64,000 nucleotides of DNA from Promethearchaeota archaeon (GTDB taxonomy: Archaea; Asgardarchaeota; Hermodarchaeia; Hermodarchaeales; Hermodarchaeaceae): the NCBI GenBank assembly GCA_048938385.1, contig JBHLMG010000013.1, forward strand, positions 1 to 64,000. The letters run 5' to 3'. Position numbers and translations under genes: made by a program. Every line of letters begins with the position of its first letter. The stretch's first letter is position 1. This document shows positions 50,070 to 59,377 of the stretch, piece by piece. The notes beneath the pieces were generated by a model. The model had not been told where the DNA came from. It saw only the letters and a list, made by a program, of their open reading frames with translations, and made no database searches.

Positions 50070-51109
50070 AACACAGCGTGAGCGAGCAACTCAGTGATGA
50101 AAGAAAAAAGATTCCCGTATATCATGGAACCGAGCGCTATGCACGTCAACTTCTCATCGCTGAGTGGGATCAAGAAAAACTCGCAAAATCCACAGTCGTT
50201 GTTGCAGGCATTGGCGCTTTAGGCACTATTGTAGCTCTCGACTTAGTCTTAACTGGTATTGGAAAAATCATAATCATTGACTTTGACACCATAGAACTAT
50301 CAAATTTGAGTCGACAATTACTCTTCAGTGATGAAGACATCGGAAAATCAAAAGCGGTCATTGCAGGTCAACGCCTTCGGGAAATGAATCCAGATGTGCA
50401 AGTTCTTGCCTTAGACAGTTCCATCCAAGAAGTTCGCACATCATTTTATGAAGAGGCCGATCTCATCGTCGATGGTTTAGACACTTTTGAAGCGCGTCGA
50501 TGGCTGAATTCTTTATGTGTACAGAAAAACAAAGTTCTCATTCATGGAGGAATGTATGGTTGGTGGGGTAATGTTCAACGCGTTGTACCATTCAAGACGG
50601 CGTGTCTTGAATGCCAACCTCTAGTTCCGGCTGAACGGCTGCAAAAGGCTTGTACTCCACCTGGGCAACGACGGAAGACGGAAGAGCCTCCACCCAAGTT
50701 TCCGGCGCTCCTCGGTGTTGCCACCGTTGTTGCTGGTATCCAATTTCAGGAAGCTCTCAAACACCTCCTAAGTGTAGGAAACCCCTTGGACAATTACTTG
50801 TTTTATGACGGTCTTCATCAACAGTTTACCACTCTGAAATTAGCCCGTAACCCAAACTGCTTCCTCTGTAGTGATCGATTTCGACTCAAAGGTGAAAAAT
50901 ACGCTTTAGATCCGAAGGAAACAGTGGCTGAACTACGGAACCGATTGATCATGAGCTTTGGGTTGCAGGCGCCAAAAATAATTCTTCATGGCCAAATACT
51001 GGCCGACGATAAAATCCTCGGGGATCTACGACTCAAGGACGAAGAAATGCTCTTCATTATTGATACTGCATTAGCACAACCTTTGAAACTCATAGCGGTC
51101 TTCAAATGA
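50066..51109 (+). CDS. Ubiquitin-activating enzyme E1 (ThiF domain, catalytic Cys, C-terminal Ub-fold domain)
   Basis: RYARQ, GIGALG, SNLSRQ, CLEC, KACT, CFLC and a C-terminal beta-grasp-like region. Confidence 0.92.
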   Translation: MKHSVSEQLSDERKKIPVYHGTERYARQLLIAEWDQEKLAKSTVVVAGIGALGTIVALDLVLTGIGKIIIIDFDTIELSNLSRQLLFSDEDIGKSKAVIAGQRLREMNPDVQVLALDSSIQEVRTSFYEEADLIVDGLDTFEARRWLNSLCVQKNKVLIHGGMYGWWGNVQRVVPFKTACLECQPLVPAERLQKACTPPGQRRKTEEPPPKFPALLGVATVVAGIQFQEALKHLLSVGNPLDNYLFYDGLHQQFTTLKLARNPNCFLCSDRFRLKGEKYALDPKETVAELRNRLIMSFGLQAPKIILHGQILADDKILGDLRLKDEEMLFIIDTALAQPLKLIAVFK

Positions 51110-51860
51110 CAGGAAGGACTGTAACTCGAACTAATACGGCCACTATTATCATGAAGAGGGTTACTCCCATTGTGATGGTTAACGCAATGTTGGTAGTTAA
51201 CCGGTAGCGTTCACGAATACCCATCGCTAGTAGGAGTGCGCCCCACAACAAACCGATGCTTAGAAGTCCATATACGATCAACCACAACGGGCTAAGATAC
51301 AGGCTCGCTAAATTACCTAAGGTTGCGTAGGGAAGCCCGAGCATTAGTACGACGAACGATAACAAATTAGCAAAGAAGAGCGGTAAATGCGCATATTGAC
51401 CCATAAGAAATGTTTCCGCAAGCATTCCTTTTCGTCCTGTGAGTCCAATTAGAAGCTGAATTAGCCCAAAATAGAAGAGATTCAGGAGCATGTAAAGCGC
51501 GGCTAGAATAACGAAAACACCGAAGAAGCCGAATAATAGGCTTACAGTAGCTCCCACAATATGGGACGCTAATGCCACATACCATAATGAAATCAAAGTT
51601 AAATTTCCTATGAAGATGAGCGCTGGACCTTTTCGGTCGAGTTCGTGGGCAATATCCCAAAAAGCCACAGCAGGAAACCGAATGATCCCCCAAAGGCGTT
51701 GAATCAGGGTCAATCGTTTATCCCATTGTTGTTCAGGTCGACGCATAAAGGGTAATATCCTCTCAAATTGTTCTGTGCGAAAGCGATATCCACATTGCGG
51801 GCAGGTTGCGTCTTGAGATTCAACTCGGATAAGACACTCTGGACACCGAAGTTTCGACAT
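51102..51860 (-). CDS. Yip1-domain membrane protein with N-terminal zinc ribbon
   Basis: CPEC..CPQC; P...F......D..GP pattern; 5 TM segments. Confidence 0.75.
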   Translation of the reverse strand: MSKLRCPECLIRVESQDATCPQCGYRFRTEQFERILPFMRRPEQQWDKRLTLIQRLWGIIRFPAVAFWDIAHELDRKGPALIFIGNLTLISLWYVALASHIVGATVSLLFGFFGVFVILAALYMLLNLFYFGLIQLLIGLTGRKGMLAETFLMGQYAHLPLFFANLLSFVVLMLGLPYATLGNLASLYLSPLWLIVYGLLSIGLLWGALLLAMGIRERYRLTTNIALTITMGVTLFMIIVAVLVRVTVLPVI

Positions 51861-52102
51861 CCCACATCAAACCTAATATCGAAGACTCGGTGACGAAGTA
51901 TATTTGCTTTCGGTTTATAGGTTCTGACGAAAGGTTTAAGTTAGGAGGTCTCAATTTCCTTTTCGAAGTGATCCCTATGGGGTATAACTTTCTCCAATTC
52001 AATTAACTATTCTGATATCACGCTACCCCATGTTAGGAGGGGATCGCAACGATTCACGACTATTTTCACGACTGCTCCGGGATTAAGTGGAGGCTCTGCT
52101 AG

Positions 52103-54997
52103 GTGATTGATTACAAAGAAATCGAACCAAAATGGCAAATGCGATGGCGTGAAGCTCAGGCATTCAACGCTGATCCTATTCCTCAACGTCCGAAATATTA
52201 CCTCACAGTACCCTATCCATATGCGAACGCACCCATGCATGTTGGACATGGACGTACCTATGCAATTGGTGATGTCATCGCCCGTTACAAGCGGATGCAA
52301 GGGTACAATGTTCTTTGGCCCATGGCCGCTCATGTCACTGGAACGCCAGTATATGGCGTGGCGAAACGCATCCAAGAAAAAGATCCGGCGATTTTAAAGG
52401 AATACCGAAGCAACATCGCTATCTGGCGACCCAAAAAAGATGTTGAAACTGTGCTCGCTACCTTCACAGATCCCATGGCAATCGCTCAATTCTTCTCAGG
52501 TGTATTTGAAGGCGACTTTCGGAAGCTCGGATTTTCAATAGATTGGCGCCGGAAATTCACGACCAATGATCCTGAATACCAAACCTTTGTGACCTGGCAA
52601 TTTAATCAGCTAAATCAGCTTGGTTATATCACTAAGGGAAGCTACCCTATTTTGTACTGTGTAAACTGTGGGAATGCTGTCGGTGAAGATGATCTCTTAG
52701 AAGGCGAGCATGCAAAAATTACTGAATTCGTGGCTATCAAGTTCCCTTTCGAAGATGGCTATCTCGTTGCAGCTACCTTGCGACCCGAAACCGTCTTCGG
52801 AGTAACTAATGTCTGGGTAAATCCCAACGCTATCTATTATAAAATCCAAGTTGATGAAGAATTCTGGTATGTAGCCCAGCCTGCAGTTCGGAAGCTGGTT
52901 AATCAGGGGCATAAATCCCAACGCATTGAAGAGATTTCTGGTAAGACCTTCATTGGAAAAACCTGTAAATCACCAATTGAGGACCGAGATCTCCTCATTC
53001 TTCCGGCTGAATTTGTTGACCCTGAAAACGCCACTGGCGTAGTGTATAGCGTACCATCCCACGCTCCTTTTGATTGGGCTGCCCTACACGATCTCCAACA
53101 AGCTAAAGCCGCACCTCAGGGATTCAAACTCGACTTCGAAGCGATAAGAGCAATCCAACCAATCTCTATCATCAATATTGAAGGCTTTGGAGACCATCCC
53201 GCTATCGAACTAGCGAACAGGATGAACATCAAAACCCAACAAGACACAGCTAAACTAGATGAAGCCACTGAGACCCTTTACCGTGCTGAATACTACCAGG
53301 GCACTATGAAAAACAATACTGGGATTTTCGCTGGTCGCCGAGTCAATGAAATAAAAGACGAGGTTATTGCTTTTCTTCAAAAACAACACAGAGCTTTCAT
53401 ATTCTACCAACCAGATCAAAAACCGGTGACCTGTCGATGCGGTAACGAAGTTGTTGTCGCGGTTATACCAGACCAGTGGTTCATCAATTATGGAAATTCC
53501 CAGTGGAAGGATTTAGCTAACAAAGCTTTAGGGCAAATGTTCATTTACCCAGAAATGTATCGACGCTCATTCGAAGCTACCTTCGATTGGCTCAAAGAGC
53601 GTCCAGCCGCACGACGGCGTGGTTTAGGAACACGCCTCCCCTTCGACAAGAAATGGGTGATAGAATCCCTCTCAGACTCCACGATCTATATGGCTTTCTA
53701 CCTACTCATACACCATCTCCGAGCAAACAACATCGACTCCACACGCTTAGATGGTGCCTTCTATGATTATGTGCTCTTAGGCAAAGGAGGCATCGCAGCC
53801 ATTTCCGAACAGACGAAAATCCCGGGTGAAGTTCTAACAACACTACGCGAAGAAGTCGAATACTGGTATCCCAACGACCAACGCCACACCGCAGTCGGCC
53901 ATATTCCCAACCACCTGTCCTTCTTCATTTTTCATCATGCCGCCATCTTCCCTGAGCGTCATTGGCCAAAAGCCATAACCCTCAATGAATTCGTCATCCG
54001 TGATGGCGTGAAAATGAGCAAAAGTAAGGGCAATTTCATTCCAATGGCAGACATTCCCCGTCGTTACGGAGCAGATCTCTACCGCTTGTATATCAGTCAA
54101 ATTGGTGACTTACAATCGCTTGTCGATTGGCAGGAAAAAGATGTCACCACTATTCGCCGACGACTTAACCGATTAATTCGACTCTGGGAAGAGGCTTCAA
54201 AATTAACTGAACAACCCATGGATGCAGCCTCCTTCAGTATGACCAGCCGATGGATCCTCTCCAAAATGAATTCAACCATCCGCGAAGGCACTAACGCACT
54301 AGAACACCTCCGTTTACGAACATACATCTTACTAACTTTTTATCAACTCCTAGGTCATGTGGAAAGCTATCTGCGACGATTACCCAAGAACCATCCCGAA
54401 CGCGAACCCGTTCTCTACTACTTAGTTACACGCTGGGTCAAGCTCTTAGCGCCAGTCATACCTCATCTCTGCGAAGAAATTTGGGAGCGCCTAGGTAACA
54501 TTTCCTTTGTGTCTCTTGAAGCCTGGCCCGTTCCAGATGATGGGCTGATTGATGAAAAAATCGAACAGTCCATGGATGTCGTCCAACAAACCATCGTTGA
54601 TATCAAAGAAATACATGGGTTATTGAAAGGAAAGAAGATCCATACTGCTCACATTTACACAAGCCCTAGCTGGAAGTATAAAGCCTTCCAGATAATGAGC
54701 GAAGCTAAAGCAGCGCCAACCGTTAAAGAACTCATGCCTCTCCTGATGAAAGACGCTCAACTCAAGAAGCGAGGGAAGGAGGTTTCAGAGCTCGTCCAAG
54801 CCATCGTAAAGGCGGGTGGGTTTTGGACTTTTGTTGATAAAGAGACAGAAATGAAAGCGCTTATTGAAAATCAAGCACTCATCCAAGCGGAGACTGGGCT
54901 CACCATCAATGTTCAAGATGGTGACAAACCGACTATTGATCCCAACAATCGTGCGACTAAGGCGCTGCCTGGGCGCCCTGCCCTTTTCTTGGAGTAA
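52103..54997 (+). CDS. leuS: Leucine--tRNA ligase (archaeal type)
   Basis: PYPY..HVGH, TLRPET, ESLSDSTIY, KMSKSKGN. Confidence 0.97.
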   Translation: MIDYKEIEPKWQMRWREAQAFNADPIPQRPKYYLTVPYPYANAPMHVGHGRTYAIGDVIARYKRMQGYNVLWPMAAHVTGTPVYGVAKRIQEKDPAILKEYRSNIAIWRPKKDVETVLATFTDPMAIAQFFSGVFEGDFRKLGFSIDWRRKFTTNDPEYQTFVTWQFNQLNQLGYITKGSYPILYCVNCGNAVGEDDLLEGEHAKITEFVAIKFPFEDGYLVAATLRPETVFGVTNVWVNPNAIYYKIQVDEEFWYVAQPAVRKLVNQGHKSQRIEEISGKTFIGKTCKSPIEDRDLLILPAEFVDPENATGVVYSVPSHAPFDWAALHDLQQAKAAPQGFKLDFEAIRAIQPISIINIEGFGDHPAIELANRMNIKTQQDTAKLDEATETLYRAEYYQGTMKNNTGIFAGRRVNEIKDEVIAFLQKQHRAFIFYQPDQKPVTCRCGNEVVVAVIPDQWFINYGNSQWKDLANKALGQMFIYPEMYRRSFEATFDWLKERPAARRRGLGTRLPFDKKWVIESLSDSTIYMAFYLLIHHLRANNIDSTRLDGAFYDYVLLGKGGIAAISEQTKIPGEVLTTLREEVEYWYPNDQRHTAVGHIPNHLSFFIFHHAAIFPERHWPKAITLNEFVIRDGVKMSKSKGNFIPMADIPRRYGADLYRLYISQIGDLQSLVDWQEKDVTTIRRRLNRLIRLWEEASKLTEQPMDAASFSMTSRWILSKMNSTIREGTNALEHLRLRTYILLTFYQLLGHVESYLRRLPKNHPEREPVLYYLVTRWVKLLAPVIPHLCEEIWERLGNISFVSLEAWPVPDDGLIDEKIEQSMDVVQQTIVDIKEIHGLLKGKKIHTAHIYTSPSWKYKAFQIMSEAKAAPTVKELMPLLMKDAQLKKRGKEVSELVQAIVKAGGFWTFVDKETEMKALIENQALIQAETGLTINVQDGDKPTIDPNNRATKALPGRPALFLE

Positions 54998-55001
54998 CAC
55001 C

Positions 55002-55193
55002 TTAAGCAATTCGTCGCCCATATTGAGGCGCTTGCTGTTCTGTTCCCTCCAGCGGCCACTCATGCTCGCATCGAGGGCACTTGGCGTAACCACAATTTCC
55101 CATGCTTGCAGAAGGGCAATTTCCACAAGCCATTACTCGACCATAACTCGTGTCAAAACGAAATCCACACTTGGGGCACTGGACGAGGGTCAT
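55002..55193 (-). CDS. Small Cys-rich metal-binding protein
   Basis: CPKC, CGNC, C and CPRC within 63 aa; co-oriented downstream of the metal-binding protein gene. Confidence 0.75.
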   Translation of the reverse strand: MTLVQCPKCGFRFDTSYGRVMACGNCPSASMGNCGYAKCPRCEHEWPLEGTEQQAPQYGRRIA

Positions 55194-55249
55194 TTAAGAC
55201 TGCGCTCCAATGTCACCTTTTGACAACATTGTAAAAGGCTTTCGGAAGG

Positions 55250-56302
55250 TTAATCCCGAGTCCGTGTGCATCGAATCAGAAGCAACAGCTCAATAGTCGC
55301 TATCACACCTATTACAGTCGCAATAATGATGACTGGCATACTGATTGCAAAGAAATTCAGACCTGGAGGGAGCCCACCTGTCAGACCAGTCGCCACCACG
55401 CCAATGTTGTAACTCATGATGCCAATGTAGTTCAAAAGGTCCGAAAAAACAATTCGAACCCAGACAATCGGAACCCCAGAGTCACTGGATAGTTGTTGAG
55501 CGAATTCACCTGCTGCTTGTAGTTGGGCGATATCTGACGCTAAAATGAGGTTGATCGATCCATTACGTAAAGCCTGTTCTACTGCTATCAATTCAGGCCC
55601 AGAAATGAAGATGTTATCCCCTACCATCAGCAATCCTTTAACCTCGAGTCCGAGAGCTTCTGCAACATAAGCCTCAGCAGGAAAAGTAATGATAACCTGT
55701 TTTCCTGCAAAGCCTAGCGCAAGACTTTGTGCAGCGATGAATGCTTCCAATTCTTCGACCTGAATGACAAATTCATCGAACCGTTCTTGCCAGTACGACG
55801 CATGGGTAGAATTTAAGGCCGAACACAAAATGCGCGTGGCATTCGCGATGGCTATGGCGTTTTTTGGCAATAGCCAGTAACCATGCAAGTTTTCACTGTG
55901 AATTTGCTTTTGAAAACGATTTTGCGTGTAACCACGAAGAGGTAGTAGCTCTGCTCCCAGGGCCTCATAGTCTTTAAGAGAGATGTAAGGTTTGCTCGTC
56001 TGATTAGCTAACTCCTCCTCCCAATCGAAATGCCCAGTTAGTACGAGCATATCTGCGGCGTTTGCCTCGTCAATAATGGCTTGAGTGAGAGAAAAGGCAT
56101 GCGGTTCGATTCCTTCAGGAAGAAGGACAGAAATAGAAATCTGGGTGCCGCCTACTTCTCGGACAATTCCGGCTAAAGGTTGGATGGAAACTGCTACACT
56201 CAAACTTGGAGCTCCTTGTGTGGAAGCTGTGGGAAGTAAGCCCACTGTACTCAAAGCCAATAAGGCAATTGCTGTAAAGGTAAAAAACGATGTTTTTCGC
56301 AA
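55250..56302 (-). CDS. Metal (Zn/Mn-type) ABC transporter substrate-binding protein with C-terminal TM anchor
   Basis: Signal peptide, EPHAF, HGYWL; ZnuA/TroA-like. Confidence 0.88.
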   Translation of the reverse strand: MRKTSFFTFTAIALLALSTVGLLPTASTQGAPSLSVAVSIQPLAGIVREVGGTQISISVLLPEGIEPHAFSLTQAIIDEANAADMLVLTGHFDWEEELANQTSKPYISLKDYEALGAELLPLRGYTQNRFQKQIHSENLHGYWLLPKNAIAIANATRILCSALNSTHASYWQERFDEFVIQVEELEAFIAAQSLALGFAGKQVIITFPAEAYVAEALGLEVKGLLMVGDNIFISGPELIAVEQALRNGSINLILASDIAQLQAAGEFAQQLSSDSGVPIVWVRIVFSDLLNYIGIMSYNIGVVATGLTGGLPPGLNFFAISMPVIIIATVIGVIATIELLLLIRCTRTRD

Positions 56303-56331
56303 CCCAGATCGCTCCTTTCGTCTTAGACAAG

Positions 56332-56397
56332 TTAATAACTTCTAATGATTTCTTGATAATCCCCCACACTTAATAAGTCTGTCGTCGTTTTTATTAA
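56332..56397. promoter_or_regulatory. Two NikR-type operator-like inverted repeats overlapping divergent promoters
   Basis: TTAATAA-N14-TTATTAA (56370-56397, perfect) and TTAATAA-N14-TTGATAA (56332-56359). Confidence 0.6.
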
Positions 56398-56421
56398 CAT
56401 CGTTGCCCGTGTGGTGTCCTC

Positions 56422-56826
56422 ATGCCAATTGTGAGTATCTCATTAAACAAAGACGATCTAGAAACGCTTGATGTTCTACAATCTAAGGCCGGATTTAGCA
56501 ACCGTTCAAACCTCTTTCGCCGTGCGCTGCATTTACTCGCTAACGAGATAATAGATATCCATCAGTTCGAAGGAGACATCTCAGCAGTCATCACAATTGT
56601 CTACAGTAAACAAGGCAAAGGCATAGAGAGTAATTTTCTCCTTCACCGCCAAGCCCGTCTCATTGATGCCCTTCTACATTCCCACACTATCAATGGCGAG
56701 TGCATAGAAGTGATGGTCTTGAACGGTCCTGCTAAAGACATTCAAAATCTTGTCAAAAAACTGGAAGAAAACCGCAAAATCCACACCGTAAAAATCGCGC
56801 TAATTGGAGGAACCCCTCGTGAGTGA
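56422..56826 (+). CDS. NikR-family ribbon-helix-helix metalloregulator
   Basis: IVSISL...NRS RHH domain; H...HSH..C metal ligands. Confidence 0.9.
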   Translation: MPIVSISLNKDDLETLDVLQSKAGFSNRSNLFRRALHLLANEIIDIHQFEGDISAVITIVYSKQGKGIESNFLLHRQARLIDALLHSHTINGECIEVMVLNGPAKDIQNLVKKLEENRKIHTVKIALIGGTPRE

Positions 56827-57628
56827 ATCCTCAAATTTCATCGAAGCTGACCACTTAACAGTGATTTACCCCACAGGGGATGTCGCACTCCAGGATGTCA
56901 CCTTCACCATTCCTGAAACGACCTTCATGGCCATTATTGGACCCAATGGTTCTGGCAAAAGCACGCTACTAAAAACCATGTTGGGTTTACTAAAACCCAC
57001 TCAAGGATCCATTAAGGTGTGGGGACACGACGCAAAGCGCGAGTACAGGGTGATTCGTCACATGGTGCGTTATGTCCCCCAACGGGACAACATTGAGCAT
57101 ACCATTCCTATGAAAGTTAAGGACATCGTCTTGATGGGAAGATTGCTTAAGAAACCACCCCCCCGATTTGCCTCTGTTAAAGATGTGGCTTTGGCAAAGG
57201 AAGCCTTACACCGTGTGGCTTTAGATGATCTCTGGAACCATCCGTTTCCAGACCTTTCAGGGGGACAACGCCAACGCGTATTAGTAGCTCGAGCTCTCGC
57301 TAGTGAAGGGCGAATAATGATGCTCGATGAGCCATTATTAGGGGCAGATCACGATAGCCAGATTCAGATTGTTGAAGCTTTACACGAGTATTATAATCAA
57401 AACCAAGTGAGCATCATCATGGTTACCCACGACTTGAATCCCATTCACATGATGGTCAAGGATGTTGTGATGTTAAACCGGAGACTGGTCGGAATAGGTC
57501 ATCCCTGCGCAATAATGGATCCCGAACTGGTCAAACAAGTTTATGGGCCTTCAGCTTATGTTGTTGAATTGGGTGGTCACCGATTCTGTATCACACATGA
57601 CTCTGGAGTGGACCGCCATGATCATTGA
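56804..57628 (+). CDS. Metal ABC transporter ATP-binding subunit (ZnuC-like)
   Basis: GPNGSGKS, YVPQ, LSGGQ, LDEP, VTHD; likely GTG start at 56819. Confidence 0.93.
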   Translation: MEEPLVSESSNFIEADHLTVIYPTGDVALQDVTFTIPETTFMAIIGPNGSGKSTLLKTMLGLLKPTQGSIKVWGHDAKREYRVIRHMVRYVPQRDNIEHTIPMKVKDIVLMGRLLKKPPPRFASVKDVALAKEALHRVALDDLWNHPFPDLSGGQRQRVLVARALASEGRIMMLDEPLLGADHDSQIQIVEALHEYYNQNQVSIIMVTHDLNPIHMMVKDVVMLNRRLVGIGHPCAIMDPELVKQVYGPSAYVVELGGHRFCITHDSGVDRHDH

Positions 57629-58469
57629 GTTTTTTACTCTCCTGTTTACCTCAACGGTCTTACAACGAGCATTACTAGCTGCTCTGTTGGTAGCAATCAT
57701 CGCAGCCACCAGTGGAACCTTCATGGTGTTTAGAGGATTATCCTTTCTCACCTCTGGAGTAGCCCATGCAGCACTTGGCGGAGCATCATTGGGGCTCTTC
57801 CTTCAATCCACGGGGCTTGTTCCCTGGTTTGACCCAATCTTGGGCGCAGTACTTTTCGCAATCTTCATGGCCCTTGTAACTGGAATTGCCGGAGAACGGG
57901 GCATTGCCCAGAAAATGGAAGTGGCCGTTGGTGTATCCTTCGCCCTTTCGATGAGCCTTGCAGTTTTTTTGATGTACTATCTCCCTCCTACCATGATCCC
58001 GCAAATCTGGGGATACCTCATTGGAGACATCCTTCTCCTCGACAACCTCGATCTCATCCTTCTCGCTGGAACCGCCTTCTCTCTGGTACTGCTAATCGTC
58101 TTGTTCAAAAAGGAATTCATCTATGTCAGCGTTGATATGGAAGGATCCACAGCCCACGGAATGAATGCTCGGGGCTATCACTACCTCATGCTCGTTTTTG
58201 CAGCCATTGCCATTGCTTTAACAACCAAGGCGGTGGGTGCTATTCTCGTTTATGCTATTCTCGTTGCCCCTGCTGCGGCATCTAGTGAAATTTTAAAAAC
58301 CGTGAATTATGTGATACTAGGAGTTTTTGTCATCGCCTTTGCTTCGATGCTTCTTGGGTTAATTGGCTCCTTTACCTTTCTTGCCTCCCCGAGCGCCATC
58401 GCGGGCCTCGTCGCTGCTCTTTCCTACATCGTGATAATTCAAGGCAAGCGTCTTCTAAACCGACCTTAA
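57618..58469 (+). CDS. Metal ABC transporter permease (ZnuB-like)
   Basis: AHAALGG, YLIGDIL, VGAILV. Confidence 0.93.
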   Translation: MIIEFFTLLFTSTVLQRALLAALLVAIIAATSGTFMVFRGLSFLTSGVAHAALGGASLGLFLQSTGLVPWFDPILGAVLFAIFMALVTGIAGERGIAQKMEVAVGVSFALSMSLAVFLMYYLPPTMIPQIWGYLIGDILLLDNLDLILLAGTAFSLVLLIVLFKKEFIYVSVDMEGSTAHGMNARGYHYLMLVFAAIAIALTTKAVGAILVYAILVAPAAASSEILKTVNYVILGVFVIAFASMLLGLIGSFTFLASPSAIAGLVAALSYIVIIQGKRLLNRP

Positions 58470-58566
58470 AACGCAGGACAAACACAGGATATACGCTTCA
58501 GGTAAAAAATCGGTTTTACCACCTTTAATAAACGACGCTGGTGGACTCTTATGCGGAGAGTAGTCC

Positions 58567-59334
58567 ATGTCATCGAATTCTGAGTATGCAAAGGGACTTA
58601 TTCGAATTAAAGGTCATGCGTTCGCCGCAAAGGAGGTTCTTCAAGCTTTAGAACAGCAAGCTATGACCTCTGTTCGGGTTGTTGGTAATGAACTATGGGT
58701 GGGCAAACATCGCGTTCGTCCTATTGCGAAGATTACTCCTGAACAGGCAATGAGATTGACTTGTTATGGAAGTTTAGCCTTTTGTTGTGATCTCTCTCGT
58801 AACTGCCAACTCCGTGATGAAGCCATCCACCTCCTTGGCATAACTAAAGAAGAATACAACGCTATTCAGCAAGATTGTCATCGTCAATTCCTTCGATATG
58901 CTGAGCGCCATTGGCCTCAAGACCTGCTCACTAGCTCGGCCTCTGACCCTTCTCAGGTTTCCCCTTTTTCTCGAGATTATTCTCGGGCTGAGTCACATGA
59001 ATCTTGGCGAGAGCCATCCGCTTCTTTGAGTGCGAGCCGTAGTTCATCTCCCACCTCTCCTTCAAGCTCCAGTAGTACCGTGGATTTAGGTGGACTTTTT
59101 GGGGCACCAGATGAGTATAAGGCCCGCTCTCTCATAGATCCTGATCCTTTTACTGAGCGTTCCAGGAAAATTAGTGATGAGGTATCCAGTTTTTCATCAA
59201 GTAGATGGGACTCACCTGATTTCGACACCGATGCATCGACCGTTGCAGTGACTCAAGGATTTTGCATTTACTGTGGCCAGGATTTACAGGACGGATCCGA
59301 ATTCTGTTCTCGATGTGGAAGAAGTCAAAGATAG
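58567..59334 (+). CDS. Hypothetical protein with a Cys cluster (methanogenesis marker 9-like repeat), Ser-rich linker and C-terminal zinc ribbon
   Basis: TCYGSLAFCC...C.LRD....LGI..EEY; CIYC..CSRC. Confidence 0.7.
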   Translation: MSSNSEYAKGLIRIKGHAFAAKEVLQALEQQAMTSVRVVGNELWVGKHRVRPIAKITPEQAMRLTCYGSLAFCCDLSRNCQLRDEAIHLLGITKEEYNAIQQDCHRQFLRYAERHWPQDLLTSSASDPSQVSPFSRDYSRAESHESWREPSASLSASRSSSPTSPSSSSSTVDLGGLFGAPDEYKARSLIDPDPFTERSRKISDEVSSFSSSRWDSPDFDTDASTVAVTQGFCIYCGQDLQDGSEFCSRCGRSQR

Positions 59335-59377
59335 GTAGATGAAGGAATCAATACCATCTTTTGGTGCTAGAATAGAA

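Noticed and set aside
49180-51109. ThiS/MoaD/SAMP sulfur-carrier system
   Set aside because: The modifier is ubiquitin-like in sequence and flanked by E2 and RING genes
58567-59334. Evidence for methanogenesis
   Set aside because: Only a partial marker-9-like motif; no mcr or related genes in the window
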